Source of the DNA: an uncultured Desulfosarcina sp.
GTDB lineage: Bacteria; Desulfobacterota; Desulfobacteria; Desulfobacterales; Desulfosarcinaceae
DNA: 64,000 nt
Reading direction: 5' to 3'
Assembly: GCA_963674945.2 (NCBI GenBank)
Contig: CAXXWQ010000004.1
Span: 2,976,001-3,040,000, forward strand
In this document: piece by piece, positions 49,426 through 59,798 of the stretch
Layout of the letters: every line of letters begins with the position of its first letter
Position numbering within the stretch: the stretch's first letter is position 1
Program-made: the position numbers and the translations under genes
The notes under the pieces: generated by a model
The model's database searches: none
What the model saw: the letters and a program-made list of their open reading frames with translations, nothing else
Told to the model about the DNA's origin: nothing

Positions 49426-51348
49426 TTACTGCTTCCGGTAGAGGTCAAATTCTATGCCATGAAGAGCCATGGCCAATACTCTTTGATCGGGTGAGTCTGG
49501 AGATCTTGCATCCGGGAATTCAAACGCCAGCATGTTCAATTCAGATGAACTGATTACAGAGGCAGGAATATGAAAAGAGATCTTTTCCGGACGGGCTATT
49601 TCCACATCAAACAGTTTGATAAATTTCCCATTACAGGAAACCCGAATTTTCTGTCGACCGAGAGTGTGGATTGATAATTGAACCAAAACATTCTGTTCAG
49701 ATACTTCTTCGGGAAGGCTAAAATGTAAGAAAGCGTCATGCCCCGTGCTCCATCGAAACAAATTTTCCGGACCGCTCCATCCATCAAAAACCAAAAAAGG
49801 ATTGTCGACAAAAGGTAATTCCATTTCAAGCGGAACTGGTGGTAAACCCTCGATGTGCTGTTTCAGGGGCGTTTGAGATGCGCTGGAATGCAGCGAAAGA
49901 TTTTGACCTGGATGCCATTTCGCTCTGGATTTGTCCGTACCCGCTTTCAGGGGGTTTTTCTCGCTGGTGTCAAATGCAAAGAAATCTTTCGGCAGCCATA
50001 TGGCTTCGGATACCAGAAGCGCCTTCTTCTCGTCATACATATTTACGATTTCAAAGACAGTCCTGCCATCACCGTCGACGATGAAGATACGTCCCTGCAT
50101 TGAACTGGTTATGAGAATATTACCGTTTGGCAGAAATTGGTGTTTTCCCCGGATTGAAGAATAAAATTGATCAGTGTTTCCGTCATACAGGACTTCCGTT
50201 TTATAATTGTTGACATCGATACTTACGATACGGCTGTATCGTTCTCTGCCGAGGTAATGGCCAATGCGGTACTTGTCACGCGTGTTATTGTCATAAACGG
50301 TAATAAGGCCGCTTTTTTGCCAATCCGGATCATGCTGCTGTATGAAGGAACCCGCCCGCCACCATTTGATTTTCAGTGAATTTGGATCAACAACCATGAT
50401 CGCATGAAGGGCCCTCATGCTCATTAAAAGATCCCCGGGATGAAATTGCGGAAAAGCACTCTCATAGTCGACAGGCAGCACTTCAATGTCATTGAAATGC
50501 CAGGGATCATAAATCCATTCTCCAGAAATAAAGTTACGCCTTATGGACAGGAGACTACAGTCGGAATTGGCCTTCATGATATCCTGTACTTTAATGATCG
50601 TCAGCGACATACCGCTGGTTGTATCGATACGATGCAGCCGGTCATTGCCTTCAATTGCCCAGATCTTTGCGCCGCTTTCATCCTTTGATATAATGTGGTT
50701 AAAAGATCCCAGTTTAATCCACTGGACGTTGGATAAATAATCTATTTTTTGCATTCCATTTCCGGGATCACTGTCATTAAAGATCAGTGATCCGTCCGGG
50801 AAAACAGCCAGGCCCTGAGGAAAGGTCAATTGCGTGGGGATGTATGAAACTTCTTCCCTGCCTTCTTGGATCATCTTTTCATTGTATGCTTTGACCTCTT
50901 CAATAAAAGCTTCTTCATCAGGAATCCATCGATGAACCATGCGAAGGTTTTCATCGAGAAGTATTGCGCCATGTATGTGCGTTTCAAAATCAAAAGCACC
51001 CCATATTAAAAGATAGCCGGGAGGAAAAGTGTTTTTGCGATCTGCAAACACCAAAGGCAGAGCACGTCTTTTTTTTAATCCCTCTATTGGCAACGGCTGA
51101 TACACTCTATTTTCATTGAGGGAGGCGTTTTCCATCAAACGATCAGGCCGTATTCCCATATCGTTGGCAAGCTTTTCTCCAATGGATTTTTCATCTGATT
51201 CTCCACCCCGGACAAAGGCAGCCACCTCATCACAGATTTCTTTTATTTTTGCCCCCGGGTATGTTTCATAGGCACCGGCAGAAAATCCCCACCAGAAGAA
51301 AGCGACGCATAGTAAGAATATGCCGGAAATAATACTCAGATATTTCAT
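49426..51348 (-). CDS. Arylsulfotransferase (ASST-like beta-propeller), exported/anchored, with C-terminal beta-sandwich module
   Basis: N-terminal signal/TM; FNH, WHFNDIEV, QQHDPDW, VYDNN, LPNGNILIT...GRIF motifs. Confidence 0.8.
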   Translation of the reverse strand: MKYLSIISGIFLLCVAFFWWGFSAGAYETYPGAKIKEICDEVAAFVRGGESDEKSIGEKLANDMGIRPDRLMENASLNENRVYQPLPIEGLKKRRALPLVFADRKNTFPPGYLLIWGAFDFETHIHGAILLDENLRMVHRWIPDEEAFIEEVKAYNEKMIQEGREEVSYIPTQLTFPQGLAVFPDGSLIFNDSDPGNGMQKIDYLSNVQWIKLGSFNHIISKDESGAKIWAIEGNDRLHRIDTTSGMSLTIIKVQDIMKANSDCSLLSIRRNFISGEWIYDPWHFNDIEVLPVDYESAFPQFHPGDLLMSMRALHAIMVVDPNSLKIKWWRAGSFIQQHDPDWQKSGLITVYDNNTRDKYRIGHYLGRERYSRIVSIDVNNYKTEVLYDGNTDQFYSSIRGKHQFLPNGNILITSSMQGRIFIVDGDGRTVFEIVNMYDEKKALLVSEAIWLPKDFFAFDTSEKNPLKAGTDKSRAKWHPGQNLSLHSSASQTPLKQHIEGLPPVPLEMELPFVDNPFLVFDGWSGPENLFRWSTGHDAFLHFSLPEEVSEQNVLVQLSIHTLGRQKIRVSCNGKFIKLFDVEIARPEKISFHIPASVISSSELNMLAFEFPDARSPDSPDQRVLAMALHGIEFDLYRKQ

Positions 51349-51951
51349 TGTCCCATCACTATACGCTTTTCAAAATGAACATTCAGTCGTTTCTGTCTCA
51401 GTCATCCACCCCACAAAAAGGGAAATTTTAAAAAACGTTGGTTGCTGCTGGAAACTCCGGAAAAGAGTTGAATTTGCTATTTTTGTGCTCAAATATGTCA
51501 AACTGATCCTTGTGTGTCAATACCACCATTACCACAGGATGTTGTGTAATTCCCAATTGAGTGAGTCGCCCTTGCAAACCCATGGTTGTCTGGTCGGAAA
51601 AATCAATATTCCGGCCTTGCCAAAAAACGAAGATAGACGAAACTGGGGCGAACCGTATTTTCCTTCTGTATTGTGCGATAACGATTGTCTATGTGGGCGG
51701 CAAATTAAACAGAATCCTGCCAACAATGCAAGTGCAAGAATGAAGCATCGGTTTGAACCTATCGAAACGTCAGCTTGTCTTCCGACGGGTTTTCATGAGC
51801 CCAGGCGCAAAACATGCATCCATCCTTTTTGTGCACAATCAAGCAGATGCCTTTCTGTTCTTTCACATGGAATTGCGGTTCATCAGGATAATGGTTTGAG
51901 CACATCGATTTTTTTTGATATTTGTATATGGGCAGTTTCATCGATGAAAGA

Positions 51952-53679
51952 ATGATATTAGAAAATACCTTAAATAACAAGCAGATACAATTGCACTTTT
52001 TACTCTACACGAAGATCGGCGAAGACACGGTACAAAAAAGCCTCGGATTGCCCGAATACAGTTACTACTTCGTCTACAAAGGGTTCAAGGATGTCTTCGC
52101 ATCCCTTGGAACGGTGACCTCCGTTCATTCGGAATACGAAATTATCGATACCTATGATCGACTGGCATCCCAGAACAAAGACTGTACTGTCGTATTTTTC
52201 TGTCCCCCCCACGTGGCACCCGACATCCATCCGCGAAAGGCCTTTTGCGTGTTGGCCTGGGAGTTCGATACGATTCCCAATGAAATATGGAATGACGATC
52301 CAAGAAACGATTGGCGTCATGTTTTCAACCGGCATCTGGGCCTGATCTGTCTCTCTTCCCATACCCGAGACGTCGTCCAAAAAGCCATGGGACCGGATTT
52401 CCCGGTTCTGCACGCACCGGTACCGGTATGGGAACAATTTTCATCGAAAACGTTGCCGGAGGGAAAGGAAAGGGGGTTGGATCCACTGACTCTTGACGTC
52501 GCCGGAATTGTGATCGACAACTGGTCCTACCGGATTACACCGGAGTGGTTTCAAATTGAAAAGGACGACAACCTGGCTTTTTTACCATCATGGAATGGGA
52601 ATAAAATCGAGCTGGTTTTCACCGATGAACACGTGGACAGCGAGTTGTTGGGCGGGTTTTTCCAGGCGGAATCATGGGGAACGTGGTCGCGACTGGCAAA
52701 CCCTTGGATCTTCCTTGAATGTTTGGTTCACGGTGATTTCAACCTTTCCCTTACCCTTCGCGGCTTCGGACCGTCCATCGGAAAAACGCTGACCATTGAC
52801 ATTGGCGGGGTAAAGCGCCACCTGGTATTACAGGAAGCGTCCACGACCTACACCTTACGTTTCGAAGATGTGCCGCCGAGCCATTTGATTCAGATTTCAG
52901 GGATCGATACGACACCCCATGGGTTCACCCAAGATCCGCGGACCATGGCCGTCGGCATCGAATCCTTGACCTTTTCGGGACGCAACAACGGTGAAACAAC
53001 ACCCGGGCGCACGGAAAAATTGATCCGGATTGATCTGTCCGGTGTTATTTACACGACGGTATTCAACCCGGCTGATGCCAGAAAACGGTGGGAGGATATT
53101 GTCAGCGCATTTTGCTATGCGCTCAGGGACAACGGAGAAGCGACCCTGATTCTCAAAATCACTCATCATGATAGCAAATCCATCATGGGACGGTTACACT
53201 TCCTCATGGAAAAAATCGGTGCGGTGAAATGCAGGGTCATCGCGATTCACGGGTTTCTGCCCGACGAAAATTTCTTAAAGCTGATCCATGCCACAACTTA
53301 CTATGTGAATGCCTCTTCCGGGGAAGGCCTGTGTCTGCCTTTGATGGAGCATATGGCCTGCGGGATTCCCGCCATTGCTCCGAAACATACGGCAATGGCC
53401 GATTATGTGGACGAAAAGTCTTCCTTTTTATTGTCTTTTTCCAGAGAACTGGATATCTGGCCACATGATATGAGAGAGAAGAAGAGAGCCATCAGTTTTC
53501 GGGTAAACTGGGTCTCTTTGGTGGAACAATTCAGAAGAAGCTTCGACTGTGCCAAGAACGATGATGCTGCGTATCGGAAAAAGGCATCTTGTTCCAAGGA
53601 AAAGTTGCGGTCTTTTTGCAGCGGGAAACGAGTAAGGGAAAAGGTTAATTCTTTTCTACAGGATACAAACAGGCCATAA
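51952..53679 (+). CDS. GT4-like glycosyltransferase (PA5455/PA5456-type) with inserted beta-sandwich module
   Basis: SLGLPEYSYYFV, AWEFDTIP, VFNP.D.RK.W, SSGEGLCLPLME; start codon uncertain. Confidence 0.85.
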   Translation: MILENTLNNKQIQLHFLLYTKIGEDTVQKSLGLPEYSYYFVYKGFKDVFASLGTVTSVHSEYEIIDTYDRLASQNKDCTVVFFCPPHVAPDIHPRKAFCVLAWEFDTIPNEIWNDDPRNDWRHVFNRHLGLICLSSHTRDVVQKAMGPDFPVLHAPVPVWEQFSSKTLPEGKERGLDPLTLDVAGIVIDNWSYRITPEWFQIEKDDNLAFLPSWNGNKIELVFTDEHVDSELLGGFFQAESWGTWSRLANPWIFLECLVHGDFNLSLTLRGFGPSIGKTLTIDIGGVKRHLVLQEASTTYTLRFEDVPPSHLIQISGIDTTPHGFTQDPRTMAVGIESLTFSGRNNGETTPGRTEKLIRIDLSGVIYTTVFNPADARKRWEDIVSAFCYALRDNGEATLILKITHHDSKSIMGRLHFLMEKIGAVKCRVIAIHGFLPDENFLKLIHATTYYVNASSGEGLCLPLMEHMACGIPAIAPKHTAMADYVDEKSSFLLSFSRELDIWPHDMREKKRAISFRVNWVSLVEQFRRSFDCAKNDDAAYRKKASCSKEKLRSFCSGKRVREKVNSFLQDTNRP

Positions 53680-53750
53680 GGTCGTATACGAAAACAGCCC
53701 GACAAATTGAGAGGTTTTTCCGGCGCTGCCGGTTGGAACGAAAAGCGATT

Positions 53751-55211
53751 ATGGTTTTTATTGTTTACGCGGAGCTTAAGAGTCACACCATTGGCAATTC
53801 TCTGGGTGTTGCAGACTATAGTTATCATTTTGTCTTGAAGCTGTTTGCCGACGTCCTGAAGAAATACGGGCAGGTCGTCGAAGTGGGGAGTGTAACACCG
53901 ACGGTCGACCGGCTTTACAAACTGGCACGGGCGCTTGGCCAATCATGCGTGTTTCTCTCCTTTACACCTCCCCACAAAACCACAAAAGACCTGTCGTGTC
54001 CCACGATTCCGGTGTTTGCCTGGGAGTACAATACAATCCCCAATGAGTCATGGGGAAAAGATGAGAAAAATAACTGGGCAAAGGAACTCGAAGCCTACCC
54101 CGTGGCCATCACCCATTCTTGCCAGACCTGTGAGGCCGTCAAACAGGCGGTAGCGGAATCGTTTCCCATTTTCAGCATTCCTGCACCGGTCTGGGATCAT
54201 TTTGAAAAATACTACGATGCAGACAGGCCCGCCTACCATGAACAGCCGGTGCGGTTGCGGATAAAGGGATGGGTCATCGATTCGGCCGCATCGAATGGTG
54301 AGATCCGCTGGAAAGATGCCGTACGGGGCAAGCATTCGATCCTTCTTTCCGGTGTGGTCTATTGTTCCGTTTTTAACCCCAATGATGGTCGAAAAAACTG
54401 GGAAGCCCTCGTACAGGCCTTTTGTTGGGCTTTTAAAGAATGTTCCGATGCAACCTTGGTCTTGAAACTGACCCATACCGACCCGGCATTCAGTCTGAAC
54501 ATCCTTTCGACCGAGTTGAACAGACTCATGCCCTTTTCCTGCCGTGTCGTTTTCATTCACGGTTATCTGAACAAAAGGGAATATAAGAATTTAATCCAGG
54601 CAAGCATTTACGTGGTAAATTCATCCTTTGGAGAGGGGCAGTGTCTGCCACTCATGGAGTTCATGTCCGCCGGCCGCCCGGCCATCGCTCCGGATCACAG
54701 CGGCATGGCCGATTATATCCGCCCGGCCAACAGCTTCGTGGTTCAATCCAGCGACGAGTGGACCCATTGGCCCCACGACCCCCGGGTCCTTTTTCGAACC
54801 TTTCGGCGGCGGATCGATTGGGGAAATCTTCACGACAGTTATCTTTCAAGTTACGAAGAGGCCAAATTCCGAAAAGACGAATATGGGAAACGATCCGCAC
54901 AGGCCAGATCGGACCTTCAAAAGCATTGTTCTCAACAGGTTGCCCTGCAGCAGATCGAAACGGTGGTTGCCCTTTGCAAACAACGATACCCGGAAGGCTT
55001 TTCTGGCAAGCCCGTTTCCGGCGTGTCTCTCGTTTATGCGGCGATCTGGTGGGTCGTCGGTCGCGTGGGAATAGGAGCGGTGTTCGCGGTGTTGGGCTCC
55101 GAGCCGGTGCATCGGTTTCGAAGGTATTGCCGACGCATGGCCGCAAATTTTATCCATCGTATGAGAGATGGAAAGGCACGGGCTCTGCAAAAAATAAAAC
55201 GGTCACTGTAA
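53751..55211 (+). CDS. GT4-like glycosyltransferase (PA5455/PA5456-type)
   Basis: SLGVADYSYHFV, AWEYNTIP, VFNPNDGRKNW, SFGEGQCLPLME; paralogue of the upstream gene. Confidence 0.85.
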   Translation: MVFIVYAELKSHTIGNSLGVADYSYHFVLKLFADVLKKYGQVVEVGSVTPTVDRLYKLARALGQSCVFLSFTPPHKTTKDLSCPTIPVFAWEYNTIPNESWGKDEKNNWAKELEAYPVAITHSCQTCEAVKQAVAESFPIFSIPAPVWDHFEKYYDADRPAYHEQPVRLRIKGWVIDSAASNGEIRWKDAVRGKHSILLSGVVYCSVFNPNDGRKNWEALVQAFCWAFKECSDATLVLKLTHTDPAFSLNILSTELNRLMPFSCRVVFIHGYLNKREYKNLIQASIYVVNSSFGEGQCLPLMEFMSAGRPAIAPDHSGMADYIRPANSFVVQSSDEWTHWPHDPRVLFRTFRRRIDWGNLHDSYLSSYEEAKFRKDEYGKRSAQARSDLQKHCSQQVALQQIETVVALCKQRYPEGFSGKPVSGVSLVYAAIWWVVGRVGIGAVFAVLGSEPVHRFRRYCRRMAANFIHRMRDGKARALQKIKRSL

Positions 55212-55217
55212 TCTGTA

Positions 55218-56363
55218 TTATTGGTTGCTTGCTGCCAAGGCCATCCGGTAGGCTGACACCGTCTTTTCCGCACACCGTTGCCAGGTGAATTGAGAAGCTT
55301 GCACAAACCCTTTTTTTTGGAGTGAGAACCAATGATTGTTGTCCTCTATCAGGCGGACCATGGCCTGACGATACGCGTTTGTGTCGTCCAGTTCGATAAT
55401 TTCTGCGGCCGATCCGGCCACCTCCGGCAAGGAGGCCCGGTTTGAGGTGATAACCGGCAGGCCCGATGCCATGGCTTCTACGACCGGCAGCCCGAAACCT
55501 TCATAAATGGATGGATAGACCATCATTTTGGCGCCACTTGTGACCGCTGCAAGGGTTTCGTCGTTGAGATACCCCATCACGCGAACCGTTCCTTCACTGA
55601 TACCCGCTCTGAGTTCGGTGGAAAATTGATCGTAGCGCCATCCGGCCATACCGACAAGCACCAGCGGATATTCGCGACGCATGGATTCGGTCATTCGTTG
55701 GTGTGCCCTCAGGGTAAAGGAGAGATTCTTTCTCGGTTCCAATGTGCCGATGGAAAGGATGTACTTATGATATCGTAGTCCCAATTTTATCAGATAAGGC
55801 TCGACCTCGAGTTTTTCACGGGGTCTGAAATGATTGGACACGCCCAAGGGGGCGACCACGATTTTTTCTTGGGACACCCCATAATGGGAGACGACCTCTT
55901 GGGCAATAAATTTTGAATCCACCAAAATCGTTTTTGACCGACGAATACCGTTGAGGCAGGTGCGTTCGATCTCTTTGAGCCGGTTTTTCGGCTGCGTTTC
56001 CGGATAGTGGATATGGGTGAGGTCATGCAGTGTCATGACGTTGGGAACGTCGCTTGTAAGTGGCCACAGACTCGGCTCGTGATAGATGTCGGGTTGGACG
56101 TTTTTGCTCAGTCGGGTAAAGCGCTTTTGCATCAGATAGCGACGGGCCTGGTAGGCCACGGGCAACCAATCCCGGATCAACGTTACGAAACGGCCGCCGT
56201 TGGCTTCACTCATTTGGGATAGATCTTCTCGGAGGCCAAAACCGTCGAACAGGTGTACTTCCAAGTTCGGTTGCCGGGAAAGACACTTGGCCAGTTCCCA
56301 GGTGTATTGACCGATCCCCGTGCGAAGAACGCGCAGAACGGATACGTTCAACAGCACTTTCAT
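55218..56363 (-). CDS. GT4 glycosyltransferase (WbpY-like rhamnosyl/mannosyltransferase)
   Basis: [35 protein letters not shown]. Confidence 0.9.
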   Translation of the reverse strand: MKVLLNVSVLRVLRTGIGQYTWELAKCLSRQPNLEVHLFDGFGLREDLSQMSEANGGRFVTLIRDWLPVAYQARRYLMQKRFTRLSKNVQPDIYHEPSLWPLTSDVPNVMTLHDLTHIHYPETQPKNRLKEIERTCLNGIRRSKTILVDSKFIAQEVVSHYGVSQEKIVVAPLGVSNHFRPREKLEVEPYLIKLGLRYHKYILSIGTLEPRKNLSFTLRAHQRMTESMRREYPLVLVGMAGWRYDQFSTELRAGISEGTVRVMGYLNDETLAAVTSGAKMMVYPSIYEGFGLPVVEAMASGLPVITSNRASLPEVAGSAAEIIELDDTNAYRQAMVRLIEDNNHWFSLQKKGFVQASQFTWQRCAEKTVSAYRMALAASNQ

Positions 56364-57715
56364 GGCGCAATTCGCGAAGCGTTACGGGGCTTGTCGAGGT
56401 TTTCTTTGACACGGTCCAGCAAAAGGTCTGCCGACTCTTTCCAACTAAGCCATTTCCAGGATTTCAGCTTCTCTTTTTCTTTTTCAAAGTCAAGGGATTC
56501 GAAGGTCTTTACGGTTTGGCACAAACTGGCAGGGTCCGTAAGATCGAAATAGAATGCAAGATCTCCGGCTATTTCACGAAAGACCGGTATGTCGCTGGCA
56601 AGAACCGGCAGACCGTAGCTGAAAGACTCGATAAGGGGCAGACCAAAACCCTCGATGAAGGAAGAAAAGATCAGTGCCTTGGATGCCTGATAACAATGGG
56701 CCAGATCATTATCCGAAAGACCGCTTAACAAAAACAGGCGACGTTCTCTTTGGGGGTGGGTTTCGATTCGTTTGATTATGGATTCATACTTCCATCCCAT
56801 TTTTCCGACGATACAAAGGGAAATATCCCGGCCATCGGCCCACAATCGATCAAATGCATCAATCACATAGGCATGATTTTTTCGTGGTTCGATGGTTCCC
56901 ACCATCAGGTACACCGGCCTTTTCGAGGCAAATACTTCTCGCACCTCAGGCGATATGGGAGCATCCATGTCTACGAGATCCAACGCAGCACCATTGTAAA
57001 AATGATCATACCAGCGTTTTTGGTATACCGATGCTTTCGAACGCAATCGATCGAACCGACGTACTTGATCGGAAGTACTGTTGGAGACACAAATGAAACC
57101 ATCGGCGAGTTTGGCAACCTTATCAAACCAGGCTCCAAAATCCCGAACCAGTTTGTCGTCGAAGAATTGAGGATGGGAAAGGGGAATCAAATCGTGGACG
57201 AGCCCGACGACCTTGACGCCCTTTGATTTCAATGCCTCGATGTTTTTAAAGAAGTTGAAGTGCCATGAGGAATCGAGCAAAACAATCACATCATGGGGTT
57301 TTACTTCCAAATGTTCTAAACGTGTATAGTCGATCCAAAACCGGGTCACCGCAACCACCACCGCCAATGGAATGATATAGATGAGGCTGAACAGACGAAA
57401 AACAATGAACAGCAGACGACGAAGGTTCCGTGAATGTACGAATGGTTTTTTCCGTTTCAGCGTTTCATGACGGAGCCAGTATTGCACTCGGCGTTTCTGT
57501 GCCCAGTTTCTCAATCGGGCAATCCACCCGCTGGAACCTGCGATTTTCAGGTCGGTGACCCGAAACGCCTTACCCCGTTTGAACGCGATGGGAATACACG
57601 CTTCCTCTCTGGTCAGGTTGGGAAGGTTGTTGATGATATTGCGCACAACCCGTTGAATCCCGGCGTTCTCATCGGGATGGTCGAAGACATAGGTACATTC
57701 GAGTAAAAATCTCAT
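56360..57715 (-). CDS. GT4 glycosyltransferase (WbpX-like)
   Basis: LLECTYVF.HP..NAGIQRVVRN, LLDSSW, GTIEPRKNH, EGFGLPLIE. Confidence 0.9.
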   Translation of the reverse strand: MRFLLECTYVFDHPDENAGIQRVVRNIINNLPNLTREEACIPIAFKRGKAFRVTDLKIAGSSGWIARLRNWAQKRRVQYWLRHETLKRKKPFVHSRNLRRLLFIVFRLFSLIYIIPLAVVVAVTRFWIDYTRLEHLEVKPHDVIVLLDSSWHFNFFKNIEALKSKGVKVVGLVHDLIPLSHPQFFDDKLVRDFGAWFDKVAKLADGFICVSNSTSDQVRRFDRLRSKASVYQKRWYDHFYNGAALDLVDMDAPISPEVREVFASKRPVYLMVGTIEPRKNHAYVIDAFDRLWADGRDISLCIVGKMGWKYESIIKRIETHPQRERRLFLLSGLSDNDLAHCYQASKALIFSSFIEGFGLPLIESFSYGLPVLASDIPVFREIAGDLAFYFDLTDPASLCQTVKTFESLDFEKEKEKLKSWKWLSWKESADLLLDRVKENLDKPRNASRIAP

Positions 57716-57743
57716 ATTGAACTGGTGAAATCCATTTTAATGA

Positions 57744-58970
57744 TCATGAGAATCGATCGATCTGAACAGATGAATCCAAATAATTGCACCCGACAAAATC
57801 CACTTTATTAAAATTTACCACATGAAAGATCAAGGCACGATCGATCCACTGGTAGTTCGTATCCAAGTGGGAGTCAAACCGGGACGCCGATAAGGAGATC
57901 GAGTAATTTCCCTTGCCCAGGTTGGCGTCGAAGGAGAATCGAAAGGCAATGCGTTCTCCGGCCGAAAGGTTTACCAGCGCCTTGTCCACACGGTGCGTAT
58001 TGATGCCGTAAATGGGTTGGCCCAAATGGTCTTTGATTAAAAAACCCAGCACCAGGCGGGAAATCTTTTGATTGACCACCATATCAACCTTTAGCATCAC
58101 AGGTTGGCCAACCGAGATCGATTCGCGGCTTCGCCCCTCCTCGTCCAACAGTTGGACCGATTCGAAGGTCGCCTCCCCGGTCCCGGAAACGGTTTGTAAA
58201 GATCCGTCGCTCAAGATGTTTTGTTTGATCTGCTGATGCTGGCGCTCGGCCAGCATGGCGTTGTAATAATCCAAGACCTCATCCGGTTGTCCCTGTGATT
58301 CAACTTTTCCTTTATGGAGCAAAATCGCGCGGTCGCAGATGGATTGGATGGCGGAATGATTGTGACTCACGATTAACAACGTCGTCCCCTTTTCCCGGAA
58401 CCGGCGAATTCGGTCGAAGCTTTTGTGTTGAAAATAAGCGTCTCCCACGGACAAGGCCTCATCGACAATCAACAAGTCGGGCCGTCTTGCGGTGGCCAGG
58501 CTAAATGCCAGCCGAACCTGCATTCCGCTGGAATAGGTTCGAATGGGCTTGTCGATATATTCGCCGATTTCCGCAAAGTCTTCAATGGCGGGCAACAACG
58601 CCGCAACGTCTTCCGTAGTCAAACCGAGCAATGGCGCTGTCATCGTGACATTTTGACGACCGGTGAATTCGGGGTGAAATCCCATTCCCAACTCGAGCAG
58701 CGCCGCAATCCGGCCATCGACGACCACTCGTCCTGTAGTGGGTCGCGTGATGCCGGTAATGATTTTGAGAAGTGTGCTTTTTCCCGCGCCATTGATGCCA
58801 ACGATGCCGACGGCCTCTCCGGCGTTCAAAGAAAACGTCACATTTTCAAGCACCCATTTTTTTCGGTGTCTCTCCTTGGAAAAGGGAAGAATCCATTCCA
58901 AAAGCCGCGCCTGTCGGGATGGATATTGCTTATAGGCCTTACCCAGGTTTTCGATTCGAATACTGCTCAT
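57744..58970 (-). CDS. wzt: O-antigen ABC transporter ATPase with C-terminal carbohydrate-binding domain
   Basis: GINGAGKST, YSSGMQVRLAF, DEALSVGD, Wzt_C extension. Confidence 0.96.
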   Translation of the reverse strand: MSSIRIENLGKAYKQYPSRQARLLEWILPFSKERHRKKWVLENVTFSLNAGEAVGIVGINGAGKSTLLKIITGITRPTTGRVVVDGRIAALLELGMGFHPEFTGRQNVTMTAPLLGLTTEDVAALLPAIEDFAEIGEYIDKPIRTYSSGMQVRLAFSLATARRPDLLIVDEALSVGDAYFQHKSFDRIRRFREKGTTLLIVSHNHSAIQSICDRAILLHKGKVESQGQPDEVLDYYNAMLAERQHQQIKQNILSDGSLQTVSGTGEATFESVQLLDEEGRSRESISVGQPVMLKVDMVVNQKISRLVLGFLIKDHLGQPIYGINTHRVDKALVNLSAGERIAFRFSFDANLGKGNYSISLSASRFDSHLDTNYQWIDRALIFHVVNFNKVDFVGCNYLDSSVQIDRFS

Positions 58971-59758
58971 CAGAGTTCATCCACGATGTCGACGGAACAT
59001 CTTCGATACAGAAAAATGGCACAGGTCACCAAAACAGTCGCCGCGACCATCGTGGGGGCAAGGGATGGCCATCGGGGCCAGGAACCGGAAACAAACAGTC
59101 CCTGGTAGGCCTCCACCAGCGGGGTAACCGGATTTAGTCGAATGATCTTCTGGATCCTGTCCGGAAGAACGGAAAGGGGGTAGACAATGGGCGTGAGCCA
59201 GAACCAGAACTGAAACACGATACCGAACAATTGGCCAACGTCGCGAAAAAAAACATTGAGCACCCCGAGAATGATTCCCAGTCCCGTGGCCAGGCATATC
59301 TGAAGAAGGAACAACGGGGCGATGGCAAGCAGGGATACGCCGATGTTGCCATTTGAAACAACCAGAAACAAGAGTATGATCACAAGCATGATGGAAAAGC
59401 TGATACCGGCGGAGAGCACGACAATGATGGGAAGACAGATCCGGGGAAAGGACATCTTTCGAATCAGATCGGAATTTTCGATAAACACGTTTTGGCATCG
59501 GTTGGAGATCTCGGTAAACGTGCTCCAGCACAGTATCCCGGCGCAAAGATAAATACCATAGCCCAATGTGTTTTCGACGCCCGGAAGCCGGGCTCTCATG
59601 ATGCGGGAGAAAACGACCGTATAGATGAAGACCATGGATAACGGGTGGAGCACGGCCCAGGCGGTTCCCAGAAAAGAGGTCTGATACCGAATCTTGAATT
59701 CCCGGGCAACCGACCCGGAGATAAAGCCCCGATATTGCCATATGGCAGATAGATTCAT
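58970..59758 (-). CDS. wzm: O-antigen ABC transporter permease
   Basis: Start MNLSAIW; RY..SFLG..W..L.P, FFRDVGQ, WLTPIVYP, LNPV. Confidence 0.95.
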   Translation of the reverse strand: MNLSAIWQYRGFISGSVAREFKIRYQTSFLGTAWAVLHPLSMVFIYTVVFSRIMRARLPGVENTLGYGIYLCAGILCWSTFTEISNRCQNVFIENSDLIRKMSFPRICLPIIVVLSAGISFSIMLVIILLFLVVSNGNIGVSLLAIAPLFLLQICLATGLGIILGVLNVFFRDVGQLFGIVFQFWFWLTPIVYPLSVLPDRIQKIIRLNPVTPLVEAYQGLFVSGSWPRWPSLAPTMVAATVLVTCAIFLYRRCSVDIVDEL

Positions 59759-59798
59759 ATCAATTTTCCACCCTCTTACGAAAACGGAAGGCTTCGTT

